Part shown: positions 1-10,659 of the stretch, piece by piece
Layout: each line of letters starts with the position of its first letter
How positions within the stretch are numbered: position 1 is the stretch's first letter
From: Epithemia pelagica
Taxonomy: Eukaryota > Protista > Bacillariophyta
Reading direction: 5' to 3'
Assembly (NCBI GenBank): GCA_946965045.2
Contig: OX337233.1
Coordinates: 3,162,001-3,226,000 of the forward strand
Length of the DNA stretch: 64,000 nt
The notes under the pieces: model-generated
Database searches by the model: none
Told to the model about the DNA's origin: nothing
The model's input: only the letters and a program-made list of their open reading frames with translations
Made by a program: the position numbers and the translations under genes

Positions 1-1
1 G

Positions 2-943
2 AAGGGCAAGTTTGTCGTGCCCCTCGAACAGTCTCACACCGCGTCCGAGCAACTCTACAGCATTAGTCCCTTGACACCCGTGGAAAAGTTGGAATATGCT
101 TTGGACATGGCGCAAGCCTTGGCCTTGTTACACAACAACGAGTTTGGTGTCATTGTGCACGATGATTTGAAGTTGGATCAATTCCTGATTGCCCAACCAT
201 CTTCTTCTCCTGCAAGCACCACCACCCACGGCCGTAGAAGCAGTGGTCCTCGCGTGAAATTAAATGATTTCAATCGTGGCGAAGCCATGATGTACGACTA
301 CCAACATGGCGAATACTGCAAATACCGAAATGGTCGTGGCCGTGGACCGGTACGTTGCATCCTCTGGATCGAATCTGCACTTTTGTGCTGGTTGTGTGTG
401 CGTGTGTGCATGTTTCGACAAGAACTCTCACACCTTGCCTTCTTGTTTCGTTTCTCAGGCGCGATCGCCCGAAGAGTATTTTGACCATCCCCTTGATGAA
501 AAGATTGATATTTACAGCTTGGGTAACACTTTTGTACGTTGTGTCATCATATACGTAGAGACCTCAGGTGTTGGCGGTGGACCCACGTTTCGTTCTCTCT
601 CTCACACATGGTTGTTCTTGTTTTTGGTTGGTTTCGTTCCATGTCGTTGTTGTTGCTGCTGCTGCCAAACCCACAGTTTTCCATCTTGACGGGAGAACAC
701 GTCTTTCCCAATTCGTGCGATACCAGACAGGTTCAAAAGCGCATCAAGGAGGGGGAACGAAGCTTTTTGGATCCCCGATGGACCACGAATGCATCTCATG
801 CCGAAGGTCAATTGGTCCATATCATTCAAAAATGTTGGGAAGCCAATCCGGAGGATCGATATGCAATTCAAGACATTATTGTCATTCTCCAACAAGCTCT
901 GGAACAGCAATTGTACCTGGATCAGCAGAAGAATGCCGTCTAG
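2..943 (+). CDS. Atypical protein-kinase-fold protein, 3' part (5'-truncated by window); exons 2-349, 459-533, 677-943
   Basis: Spliced reading gives HDDLKLDQFL (catalytic loop), KLNDFN (DFG equivalent), RSPEEY, DEKIDIYSLGN, ILTG..F and CWEANPEDR (subdomain XI). GT-AG introns 350-458 and 534-676 join the motifs in phase 0. Confidence 0.85.
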
Positions 944-1756
944 GAAGTTGTCCAAACGAATTTCCATCTTGTTGTAAAACCAGCTCTGCTTATAAAACAG
1001 GACAAGGTCCGAATCGAACCTCGTCTTCTCTCGCACAAGCGCTCGAAACACAATTGCAATTGTTGGATCCAAACATTATTCGCTAGCTATAATTACCATT
1101 TGTACCATCATCATGCATGTTGGCGAGGAGTCTCGCACACACCCAATCTCGTAGCAGTGCGTTCTTTACCTCGTTTGTATGCAGGGGAGACTCATTTTCT
1201 TCCTCACTCGCCAGTCCATCATCCACCATTGAGCATCATTGGCTGTGGTTCAAGTTCTATAGGCGATGGGTCTCCTTGCACCAGCCAACGGGTGTGTGAG
1301 CGTCCTTGTGTTTCGTCTCTTGCATATAAGTTTCGATGAGGTATTTTTTTGGTCGAGTGAAAAGGGTGATCGGGCGCTGACGTTGCGGGTGCGGAGGCTT
1401 AAATAGTCTTGCATTACATGTAATCTTGATCCCGCAGGCAATAACAGTTTTTTGTTGGTGCTTTTTATGATGATGTTACGTTGTGCCCCCAAACAGAAAC
1501 CTTTTGGGGATTTACCGCATGTCCGTCGGTCGCCCGTCATACGATACCATGCCATCACTGTCGCTGTCGCGGCACGATTCTTTGCCCCACTTCTGTCGTC
1601 ACTTCTTCTTTGTGGTGTTCGCTCTTTGTGCATCTCCAGATTCTCAAGACAACAACAGAAAAGAACCAGGCCGTTTTTGTACAAAGGCATTTGGTCTCAA
1701 CTCAAAGTTTCGTTGTCCTCTCGAGGTCTTGATCGAGCGGTGTGCAGGATACGAGC

Positions 1757-2515
1757 ATGTCCAAGTTGTACAAGGGCCCCCAAGGCGATGCCGATGCTTT
1801 GTCACCGGCCTCCAAACCACCCTCGGAAACCGTGCCACCAACGGAAAAGCCAGCAGCAGTGCAAGACTCCAATGTCTTGTCTACCAGCGCCGTCTATGTC
1901 GAGGAAGAACAACTGTCGGGCTTTTTTCGTGGCATTTCGGTGGCGACTCGCAAATTCGTCATGGCGGGCAAAAAGGTCATGGCCGCCAAGGCTCCCGCCT
2001 TGAAATCGGCCGTGCGCGAAATTGGTCAAATTCGACCCCTGGCCTTTGCCAGTGAAGGTGCCGTGGCCGGTGCCTCCATTTTGCCTCGGTCCATTTACTA
2101 CGGCGCCTGGGGCTTGAGTGGCATTGCCATTGCCTCGGACATTTATACCAAACAAGACGATGCCGCGGCGCAGGGAAAATCGTGGGAAACGGCCGTGTAT
2201 TGGACCGCCTTTCATATACCAGCCAGCTTGGTCGTACCGGCCTATATCATTCATCAAATTGTCCACAAGGTCCAACATGCGGTCGACAATCCCAAGGGCT
2301 TTGCCAAACAGTGGTCGCCACGCCTCAAATCCTGGACGCCCGTGGGAGCCGCCTTGTTGAGTATCATTCCAGTCGTGCCGGTTGTGGATACAGCCTTTGA
2401 ATATGCCATGGAACCAACCCTGGGGGCACATTTGGGATTGGAGTTTGAACATCACCACCATGAGGGACCGCACGATCCACACACCAAGACGACGACGACT
2501 GCCGCCCACTCATAG
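1757..2515 (+). CDS. MTFP1: Mitochondrial fission process protein 1 (MTP18)-like, copy 1
   Basis: RPLAFASEG...ASDIYTK...IPASLVVPAYIIHQIV...WTPVGAALLSIIPVVPVVDTAFE parallels the MTP18 pattern (RYxGYANE / D..dK / LASV.IPg..I / l..IP.i..piD). First ATG at 1757. Confidence 0.7.
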   Translation: MSKLYKGPQGDADALSPASKPPSETVPPTEKPAAVQDSNVLSTSAVYVEEEQLSGFFRGISVATRKFVMAGKKVMAAKAPALKSAVREIGQIRPLAFASEGAVAGASILPRSIYYGAWGLSGIAIASDIYTKQDDAAAQGKSWETAVYWTAFHIPASLVVPAYIIHQIVHKVQHAVDNPKGFAKQWSPRLKSWTPVGAALLSIIPVVPVVDTAFEYAMEPTLGAHLGLEFEHHHHEGPHDPHTKTTTTAAHS

Positions 2516-2809
2516 AATTTAGACCTCTGTGTGTGTGTTCCGCCCACATCAGATGCTCGGTGCATACCACAGTGTGTCATACGAACCTTAGTTTTGTCCA
2601 TATTCAACAGATTCTTTCATCCTCTCTTCAAAGAATAGGATACGATAATAGCATTACGGGAGATGAGGTCGTTATATGCGACCTATAAGAGTCCTTAACG
2701 CGACTAGCGCCAATTCTGTGGATCGCAAACGTGCCAAAGTGCGAAAGATTCTTTCAAAGACCAGCAAATAAGAACGACAAAACAATCGAATAGAGATCCA
2801 ACAGTGACC

Positions 2810-3506
2810 ATGGTGCAGGCAAATCCATCTCCCAACAGCACTGTCCAGAAGGAATCCAGTGAGGCGGCAGTCGAACCTGCTTCCAAGAAATCTTCCATCA
2901 CCAACAGCGAACCACACCCATCCGTGGAAGCCAACGACGACGTGTTGCGCCATTTGGTGGACGAAGAACACGTGTCGGGTATCTTTCGAGGCGTGGCGGC
3001 CGCCACACGCAAGTTTGTCTTGGCCAGTAAAAAGGTCGCCGCCGCCAAGGCTCCCGCCGCCAAGGCAGCGGTCCGAGACATTGGTCAAACGCGACCCTTG
3101 GCCTTTGCCAGTGAAGGTGCGGTGGCGGGCGAATCTATTTTGCCACGCGTCTTGTATTACGGCGCTTGGACGTTGAGTGGCATTGCCATTGCGTCCGACA
3201 TTTATACCAAACAAGACGATGCCGCGGCCCAGGGCAAATCGTGGCAAACGGCCTTGTATTGGACAGCCTTTCATATACCGGCCAGTTTGGTCGTTCCGGC
3301 CTATATCATTCATCAAATTGTCCACAAGGTACAACATGCCGTGGAGAATCCGCAAGGATTTGCCAAGAATTGGTCGCCACGGGTCAAATCCGTCACACCA
3401 GTAGCGGCGGCCTTGTTGAGTATCATTCCGGTCGTTCCCGTCGTGGATACGGCCTTTGAATATGCCTTGGAACCAACGCTGGGAGCGCAATTGGGGTTGG
3501 AATTTG

Positions 3507-3538
<32 letters not shown>

Positions 3539-3580
3539 GGAGGAGAAGGAGAGTCGTCTCAAAAGAAACAGGAATCATAA
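2810..3580 (+). CDS. MTFP1: MTP18-like, tandem copy 2, with His10 tail
   Basis: Core nearly identical to copy 1; divergent N-terminus; ATG at 2810, TAA at 3578-3580. Confidence 0.7.
3509..3538 (+). repeat. (CAT)10 microsatellite encoding a poly-His run
   Basis: Directly visible; in frame in MTFP1-like copy 2. Confidence 0.95.
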
Positions 3581-4011
3581 CAGCCATCCAGTACACCACA
3601 GACATCCTCCGCCACGACCATCCGACCCCTTTGGCCATATACAATCATCGAGGGTAGAGACTCGACCAATTCACATAGCCCACGTGAACAGAGAAGCAAC
3701 AAAGACTATACAAGGTGTGAGACATCGATTCGAGTCAAATTGGGGGAATTTTCAAAGAGACTATCTTGGATCGAGTCGGTGTACCATTGCATTCTAGATT
3801 CGAACGAAATAATTACTCCTAGATATACGCCACATTTGTCCATTCATTTACCTCAGGTTTTGTCAGATGGCTTGCTATTTCGCCATTTGTTTGTCATTGG
3901 TGGACTCTTTGCTTTTTTCACTATTCTGTCAAACGCATCCATCCAACAAATCCAAACGAAGAGTTACGGGGCTTCAAATTGTTAGCATACCATAGCAAAC
4001 ATAGCATTGAA

Positions 4012-4039
4012 AAATTTGAAATTTGAAATTTGAAATTTG
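4012..4039. repeat. (AAATTTG)4 tandem heptamer
   Basis: Directly visible, just outside the left TSD of the transposon. Confidence 0.9.
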
Positions 4040-4064
4040 TCGGCAGCAACAAAAGTCCTCCGTG

Positions 4065-4072
4065 CCATTATT
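4065..4072. repeat. Left target-site duplication CCATTATT
   Basis: Identical 8-mer at 10544-10551; each abuts an imperfect inverted terminus. Confidence 0.7.
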
Positions 4073-4379
4073 GGAGGGAGGATAATTTTGTGAGTTCGTT
4101 GTGAGCTCACAAAATTGTCCACAGCCTAGAGGGGAGTTTCTAAGGGTAGTTTCTTTTTTTTGTCCACATTATGTCTCAATACTCACAATAGACCATAGTT
4201 GAATCTAATTTTGATTCTTCGGACATTATTCAGATGTCTCACTGGTACTAAATGGCAAATTTTGTGAGTTCAAGTTGTCGACCGTCTGATTTTTTGGCCA
4301 ATTTTGTGAGCTAAAGAACTCACTGGAACACATAAGAAAAATTTCATTTTGTCCAATGTTGTGAGCTAAAGAACTCACT

Positions 4380-4645
4380 GGAACACAAAAGAAGAAAAAG
4401 TTGTGAGCTCGTCATCTGATATTGTATTGGGTCAAAAAAAGAATTCACCGGAACACAAAAGAAGAAAAAGATGTGAGCTCGTCATCTGATAATGTATTGG
4501 GCCCAATAAAAGAATTCACCGGAACACAAAAGAAGAAAAAGATGTGAGCTCGTCATCTGATTTTTATTGGGCCTAGGTAAGGAACTCCCTGGAGCACAAA
4601 AGAAGAAAAAGATGTGAGCTCGTTATCTGATGTTGTATTGGGCCA
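4380..4645. repeat. ~70-bp subterminal tandem repeat x4
   Basis: Units start GGA(A/G)CACAAAAGAAGAAAAAG at 4380, 4450, 4521, 4591; preceded by a related 55-bp-spaced pair (4306/4361). Confidence 0.95.
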
Positions 4646-5665
4646 GCTACGTACTACTACTCTAACTATCCAGCATACAGCATACACCAAGTTCAATGAC
4701 TAGAAGATACCCCTGAGGCACTAATCCCGACCATTTTTTCCTCTACTTCTCACAATCTGTGAGATTACAGAATAGAAATCTGTTGTGTTTTTTGTGCGAT
4801 TGGTTTTTGTGTGCTGCGTGCTCATTTTTGAATTTATCTTGCAAGAAGCGTCACTAGACCCACCTGATATTGCATTGGGCCTCTTTGTGCTTGCCCCGTC
4901 CCGTAACTAGATACCTGGCATTGTGAGTTTTTCCACTGAATTGGGGGACATATCCGAGGTAACCAATCCCACGGCCAACCCAATTCCCAGTCCCCGCGAG
5001 ACTGTGTAATCCCCCACCCCGTACGTGATTGTACAAGTAGGCCAACAGGCTGAAAAGAGGGCGATCCTTGCCAGACCGGCTGGATATCGTTAGGGGGGCG
5101 AAGTTAAGGTACTCAACAGGTACTACTTCGCGTGCTCCGGCACACCGCTTGTTTCCTAACAAAGCATCTGTTGCTGTCGCCTGCCAAGCGACAAGGCTCT
5201 CTATCTTTGTGCTGTGGCAGGTTGGTCCGTCTTGAGAATCTACACTTTTGCAATCGGACAAGCGTGGAATTCATCAAATTGGAACGATTTCAGTGCAGCC
5301 AGAGTAGCCAGAGTTCATCTTGCTCCTTACAATTCCTCAACTGTCTATGTCTGGAGATTGGGCTAGGGACTGGCAATCCCGGTGTGTGGAGACAAGAACA
5401 GTTACCGTCAGAACTTGCTAGTTCTTGGTTACTTCCGAGTAGCTACCTAGCCTAAAGACTGCAGTGGAAGCGTGTCACACCTAATTAGCTTTGCCAGGCA
5501 AGCCCAGTGACAACTGCTCCCGGTACTGATTACATTCCATTGGTGTTTTGGCATTCTACTGCTGTGGATCACGCGTTTCGTCATTAGTCGTGACATCTCT
5601 ACCCGACTGGTAAGGGAGAGATAACTACAGCAGGGAACTCAGTTGGTTAGTTTTCTGCATTAATC

Positions 5666-8600
5666 ATGTCTTCTTCTAGGAGTAATGCTCAAGACTCGGA
5701 TGACGACAAAACAGACCAGCAGAATGACTCTGCCAACACTGCTAGTTCTACTGGTGTCGACCCTCTCATGACACTTCTCATGCAGAATCTTGCATCATCT
5801 GGAGAACAGTCATCCATCCTTTCCAGGACAATGTTCCAAGGTGTTGTCCAGTCATTATCACTTATAGAGATGGATAGAATTTTGCGACAACGACGTGAAT
5901 TGATGTCTCTTTCGCATATGCTTCCCAATCACCCAAATAGTGGTGTCATCTCTCAGCAAACTCATCCTGTTCGAGTAGGTAATGGAACATCCCTAACGGC
6001 GTCTCCACCAGTACGGGGCAATTTATTTCCAGAGAGTTGCACACCCATGAATGCCAATGACTCTACTCCAGTTTTAGCACCACAAGAAGGAATAGCTACA
6101 GAAGGTGCCTGTCCAGAGACATCCAATATGGATGCGACAAAACATTTTATTAAACATCATCAGCAGAATGTCAAAGATGATACAGCTTCCAAGGCCTTGT
6201 CAGATGTGTATTGGCCAAACGGGAATACTAAGTATCTCTTAGACACCGGCCTTTTGTCCAATGATGGTAAGCCATACTTTGGATACGCATTATGTCATCT
6301 TTATACCAAGACACATTCAAATGGGAATTCAAAACGGTATTTGTATTGTCTTGGTGTGATGGCATGTCAAGATCCAAAATGTAATTTTCTGCAAAGACCA
6401 ATGCAACCAAAATCCAAAAAACTCGGTGCCCCGCCACGTCCTGCAAAGTATGTTTGTCCGATTCATCCTGAGCTACCTCTGAAATGGATTGCATGTACTG
6501 GTGGAATCCAACAGGGAAACTCACGATCACAGAATAAAGAAGATGTCCCATGCATGATTGTTTGTGAGTTCATCAAAGACAAGAAGCAGTGGTTGATTGA
6601 GCATAAAGGGTCACACAATCATCCCAACCCACCAGTAACAAAACCATCTCCCCACGCAGTCGAACAGTTTAATGAAATTGTTACTGCCAACCCTTCCCTT
6701 GGTCCCCAGAAACTCCGAATGGGGTCATTGACAAATGATTCTGTTGTTGCCTTAGATGATGCATTTAGCACAATTAACCGTGTTAAGTACCTTCGGCATA
6801 AGACACTTGGACGTACACCCATCAAAGCACAGGGGATTCATGGCAGCATTGGTTCCTTGCTCCAATTTACAAAGGATTTACCGGAAAAAACTTTTATAGT
6901 AAAAGCCGAGCTTGTGAAGCTAGATGAAGCGATTATAACGTTGCAAAGCAATTACATGAGAGAAATCCTACATGAAGCAAATAGCGGAATGCAATCTGAT
7001 ACTGTTGAAGGAGTCATTGATGATCCTGAATTCACAGGAACAATTGACGTTCATTTTACTTCGGCATATGATTTCATCCTTGAAAGATGGGTGCCAGTTC
7101 TAATCTCATTAATTTTTGGAAGGAGCAAAAAGCATTATGGATCACATTGGAGAAGCCTTTTTCATAGCTATGGAGATTCAATTAACACGTCTTGGCAATC
7201 CTTTGCAGCAATTTTTCCAGGAGTCACTGTAGATTGGTCAGATGCTCTTGGGATGTCTTTTATGGATGAACTCTACGACCATGCCACAATAACACTTGGT
7301 GACAAAGCAATCGACAAAAAAGATTTGTTAGCATTTCTGCGAAAATGCAACGTCCACTTTGAACGGTCTGTAACTCGCATTGAGCGAAATGGTGCTGTGG
7401 TCCCACCTTCAAAAAAGGGTGATTTTCGCAAACTAATCCATACCTTTACCAACGTCAAATCAAAGTTCCATCACTATTGGAATGCGTGTCAGAAAATGAT
7501 GCAACATTTCCCAAAAGCTATGCCGTGGCTTCGTTGGTATTTACATCCGGACAGAGCACAAACATTCTTCCCTGCCTGCCAAAATTTTACATCATCACAG
7601 GCTGACAGATTTTCCAAACTATCGTCGTCAACAAATGCACAAGAAAATGTTGGAAAGCAGTTTCAGGATCTATTTCTAGTAAGAAACCGGAAAATGAGCG
7701 TCAATGAAGCAGTACTTAATGCATGGAAGTTTGTTAACAGGTTCGAGTGCGACAGAAGAAACTCTGCAAGAGGAATGCCTTTACAATATGCGCAATACCC
7801 ACGTTCTTCAACCAAGCGAACAAAAAAGATGTCCAAAAATGATGGAAGAGCACCTGACACCAACAAGTCACTCAATTTGGAAAAAGAATCGAAAGAAGAC
7901 AAGGAAACTCATGTCAATATAAAGGATTTGTCAGATGGCAAACAACCAGAAATCCAGTGTAATATTTTGGACAAAGATAAAATGGAAAACAAAACGAGTT
8001 GCAATGTGCAAACTAACCAAACGAAAGAAAACAAGGAGGTGCATGACAACAAACAACGTCACATCTTCAATGGTCCATGCTGGGGAATGAAGCACAACAG
8101 TGTAATCAATACGTGCGCTCGGGATTGCTGGCTAGTGTTGATTTATGCTCCCTACCATGCGGGGCAATTATTGACTCCTTATCCAGAATTGTCAAATCAT
8201 TCCAGTTTTTTGTCGAATACATTTTCATTGTTGGATCAAAATAGAAGTGAGGAGGCCAAAGTTTTGTGGATGGACTTGTTCAATACATTTGAAATGCAAC
8301 AAGCTTTCGACAGTCGCCAAGATTTTGTGAATTGCCTTGGCAATGTCAATAGATACTATTGTCATTTCCCAAACACTCCAAATCCACTTTTTCAGGAAGA
8401 AGTACAAGGTGTCACAACTGTTCACCCAATGCAGATGAGCCTAACAATGTATGCAGAGCACAAATTTCATTGTTGTCGCCGCGAACGTTGTCGTTATAAT
8501 CAGCATGGAAAAATATCGACGACACACAAAAATGAATTCAATATTCAGCCAGAACATGAGGCAAGCTGGGAGGTAGTGGAAAGGGTGATGGTTGGAGACC

Positions 8601-9499
8601 ATTTGAGAAGTCATTTGAGAAGTGGAAGATGCAAATGTGGAAGTATTGGTTGGGTAGATAGAGCACACACTGTGACTTGGCCACATACAGTGGCCCTGGA
8701 TTTAACTACTGCGACAAGAAAATATCAAGATCTTTTGGTCCTCACACCACAGTTTGAAATAGATGACAAAGAGCTCATACTACGTGGTTGTATCCTTCTG
8801 GATGAGCAACGAGAACACTTCATAACTTTGATTAAGTGTGAAGATGGGTGGATGCAGTATGATGGTCTCAGTAATCCACACAAATTCAAATTGTATTCAT
8901 GCGATGAAACCCAATTGATTATGGAAGGATCACCTAAAACTCTCGTTGTGGGAACATATGAAGTAACAGACAATAATGCAAGCAGTAAAGTACAGGATTT
9001 TGTTGATTGGGAGGAATTGTTTGATGTTGAGAGATCTGATCGCGTACCGCGAGATATAGGAGAATCATTGACAAAACTCTCAAGCGAAATTTTGTCACAA
9101 CAAAGGAAACACAAAATGAAAGGCAAGGACGACAAAAGGAAAAGGAAAGCAGAGAGCAGTGAAGAAAGTGACAACGTAAGTAGGAAAAAACCCAAAAGTG
9201 CATCAAAGCAACGCATTCCACATGGCTTTTCATTACGAGAGAACATACAAAGCCGTGGTCCAAGGCCAACTTGTCAGGGATGTGGCAAAAGAATTGAATA
9301 TGGACAGAATACCATACGTCATAATTGGAAAGAAAAAAAGAACTTTAATTATAACACGATTTCCCAATATCATTGTGAAGCAACATGTTTGCGAAAATTG
9401 AGCAGAGAGCATATGAGGTCATTCATGGAAAAGCGATGGGTTGAAGCAGAAGTGGTGAAAGTTGTTCGTGAGCTGCAACATGATGTCAGTCCAAAGTGA
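5666..9499 (+). CDS. MULE-type DDE transposase with N-terminal GCM zinc finger, USP-like cysteine peptidase and C-terminal PARP-type-like finger (1277 aa)
   Basis: GCM motifs WPNG / YCLGVMAC / LQRP / CP.H..PLKWIAC / HKGSHNHPNP. DDE candidates QSDT, VDWSD, STNAQE with MULE CxxH (CNVH). Peptidase boxes NTCARDCWL and EHFITLIKCEDGWMQYDG. C-terminal CQGC..I..G...H...YHC..C. Confidence 0.85.
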   Translation: MSSSRSNAQDSDDDKTDQQNDSANTASSTGVDPLMTLLMQNLASSGEQSSILSRTMFQGVVQSLSLIEMDRILRQRRELMSLSHMLPNHPNSGVISQQTHPVRVGNGTSLTASPPVRGNLFPESCTPMNANDSTPVLAPQEGIATEGACPETSNMDATKHFIKHHQQNVKDDTASKALSDVYWPNGNTKYLLDTGLLSNDGKPYFGYALCHLYTKTHSNGNSKRYLYCLGVMACQDPKCNFLQRPMQPKSKKLGAPPRPAKYVCPIHPELPLKWIACTGGIQQGNSRSQNKEDVPCMIVCEFIKDKKQWLIEHKGSHNHPNPPVTKPSPHAVEQFNEIVTANPSLGPQKLRMGSLTNDSVVALDDAFSTINRVKYLRHKTLGRTPIKAQGIHGSIGSLLQFTKDLPEKTFIVKAELVKLDEAIITLQSNYMREILHEANSGMQSDTVEGVIDDPEFTGTIDVHFTSAYDFILERWVPVLISLIFGRSKKHYGSHWRSLFHSYGDSINTSWQSFAAIFPGVTVDWSDALGMSFMDELYDHATITLGDKAIDKKDLLAFLRKCNVHFERSVTRIERNGAVVPPSKKGDFRKLIHTFTNVKSKFHHYWNACQKMMQHFPKAMPWLRWYLHPDRAQTFFPACQNFTSSQADRFSKLSSSTNAQENVGKQFQDLFLVRNRKMSVNEAVLNAWKFVNRFECDRRNSARGMPLQYAQYPRSSTKRTKKMSKNDGRAPDTNKSLNLEKESKEDKETHVNIKDLSDGKQPEIQCNILDKDKMENKTSCNVQTNQTKENKEVHDNKQRHIFNGPCWGMKHNSVINTCARDCWLVLIYAPYHAGQLLTPYPELSNHSSFLSNTFSLLDQNRSEEAKVLWMDLFNTFEMQQAFDSRQDFVNCLGNVNRYYCHFPNTPNPLFQEEVQGVTTVHPMQMSLTMYAEHKFHCCRRERCRYNQHGKISTTHKNEFNIQPEHEASWEVVERVMVGDHLRSHLRSGRCKCGSIGWVDRAHTVTWPHTVALDLTTATRKYQDLLVLTPQFEIDDKELILRGCILLDEQREHFITLIKCEDGWMQYDGLSNPHKFKLYSCDETQLIMEGSPKTLVVGTYEVTDNNASSKVQDFVDWEELFDVERSDRVPRDIGESLTKLSSEILSQQRKHKMKGKDDKRKRKAESSEESDNVSRKKPKSASKQRIPHGFSLRENIQSRGPRPTCQGCGKRIEYGQNTIRHNWKEKKNFNYNTISQYHCEATCLRKLSREHMRSFMEKRWVEAEVVKVVRELQHDVSPK

Positions 9500-9544
9500 G
9501 GGAAAGAAACTTCTTACATAGCAATAACACTTACTACATACTAT

Positions 9545-9740
9545 TAGGACATGCATGTGAAATGAAATGATCTTGTACTCCCGTTGTTGTTTCGTGTAGT
9601 ATATTCCAATTTTTCCAATTGGCAACTTAGTTGGAGGCTAGCTAGGACATACATGTGAAAAGAAGTGTTCTTATACCTCCATTGTTGCATCGTGTAGAAA
9701 TTCTAATTTTTGCAATTGGAATCTTAGTGGGAGGCAAGCT
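9545..9740. repeat. ~98-bp imperfect direct repeat x2
   Basis: TAGGACAT(G/A)CATGTGAAA at 9545 and 9643, with similarity through TTAGT(T/G)GGAGGC. Confidence 0.85.
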
Positions 9741-9777
9741 GGGTGATATAACAGTTCTCTCATTTTTGGGAGCGATT

Positions 9778-9793
9778 GGGGGGGGGGGGGGGG
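9778..9793 (+). repeat. G16 homopolymer
   Basis: Directly visible. Confidence 0.9.
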
Positions 9794-10108
9794 TACCTTT
9801 GTTTGTCCGTCGTCCAGGAAAAATAAAATAGACAAAAACAAAATTCTTTTTCCATTCGCGCCGCCTTTGGAACGCATGCCCTCCTTTTCGCGCCAGCCTT
9901 TCTTTTTCAAATCTGATGGGCAGTATTGTATCAGAAAGTAGACTCAAAGACGGTTCCAAGGAAAAAAGGTTGACTCAAATCCCACCAGAAGATGTGGAGA
10001 TATGGTCCTTCCAGTCTGTGTGCTGGATTGTGATGACCAAGTTCTGAATGACCGGACATCATGCCACTGTCACATCATCCCGTGGAGGAGTAGCGTATGG
10101 ATGGTCAA

Positions 10109-10234
10109 CAGGTGGGAGTATCCAAAGGTTTTGTCATAGGGTCATTAGGGATAGGGTATAAATGGCCCACAGGTGGGAGCATCAAAAGGATTTGTCGTAG
10201 GGTCATTAGGGATAGGGTATAAATGGCCCACAGG
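10109..10234. repeat. 61-bp G-rich direct repeat x2
   Basis: CAGG at 10109, 10170, 10231; shared AGGGTCATTAGGGATAGGGTATAAATGGCCCA. Confidence 0.9.
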
Positions 10235-10476
10235 TTAACTGTGGTTCGGGGACCGTTATATCCAATTATTGAATCTAGAAAAATAAAAAAGTTACTGTAA
10301 AAAATCCAAATGATATTTTTTTAAAAATTTGGATATTAGCGTGTAGACAGCAGACGGGAGGTACCCCCGCAATCGGAGGGTAAACTCTCATTTACTCCTA
10401 CAAATCTAGCTTATGACCGTACTAGGGGCTGTTGGGACACCTAGCATACCTATCATGGATAGCATCTATAGCTTCC

Positions 10477-10527
10477 AACTCACAACTCACAACTCTCGTA
10501 GCTCACAACTCACAACTCACAACTCAC
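10477..10527. repeat. (AACTCAC)n heptamer array at the right end of the transposon
   Basis: Five perfect and two degenerate units; reverse complement of the TGTGAG(T/C)T motif that recurs at the left end. Confidence 0.9.
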
Positions 10528-10543
10528 ATTTTTGTATCTCCCC

Positions 10544-10551
10544 CCATTATT
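10544..10551. repeat. Right target-site duplication CCATTATT
   Basis: Matches 4065-4072. Confidence 0.7.
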
Positions 10552-10659
10552 TCACTCCCATCATCATTCGCCACCATGGAGATGCGCAGTGATCCTGAAC
10601 GCGAGTGACTGTAACCAAGCCATGTTCTCTCAATCATAGAAAAGGTACCACTCTTTAAG

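Larger units (their letters stand above)
4073..10543 (+). mobile_element. Mutator/MULE-like DNA transposon with GCM-domain transposase (~6.47 kb)
   Basis: Single transposase ORF 5666-9499. Termini GGAGGGAGGATA..TGTGAGTT and (reverse complement) GGGGAGATAC..TGTGAGTT. Flanking direct repeat CCATTATT. Subterminal tandem repeats on both sides. Confidence 0.8.

Noticed and set aside
4380-4645. 70-bp repeats as a CRISPR-like array
   Set aside because: Units are near-identical end to end with no unique spacers, there are no cas genes, and they lie within a eukaryotic transposon end.
10145-10212. TTAGGG as an interstitial telomere
   Set aside because: Only single isolated hexamers within a 61-bp repeat.
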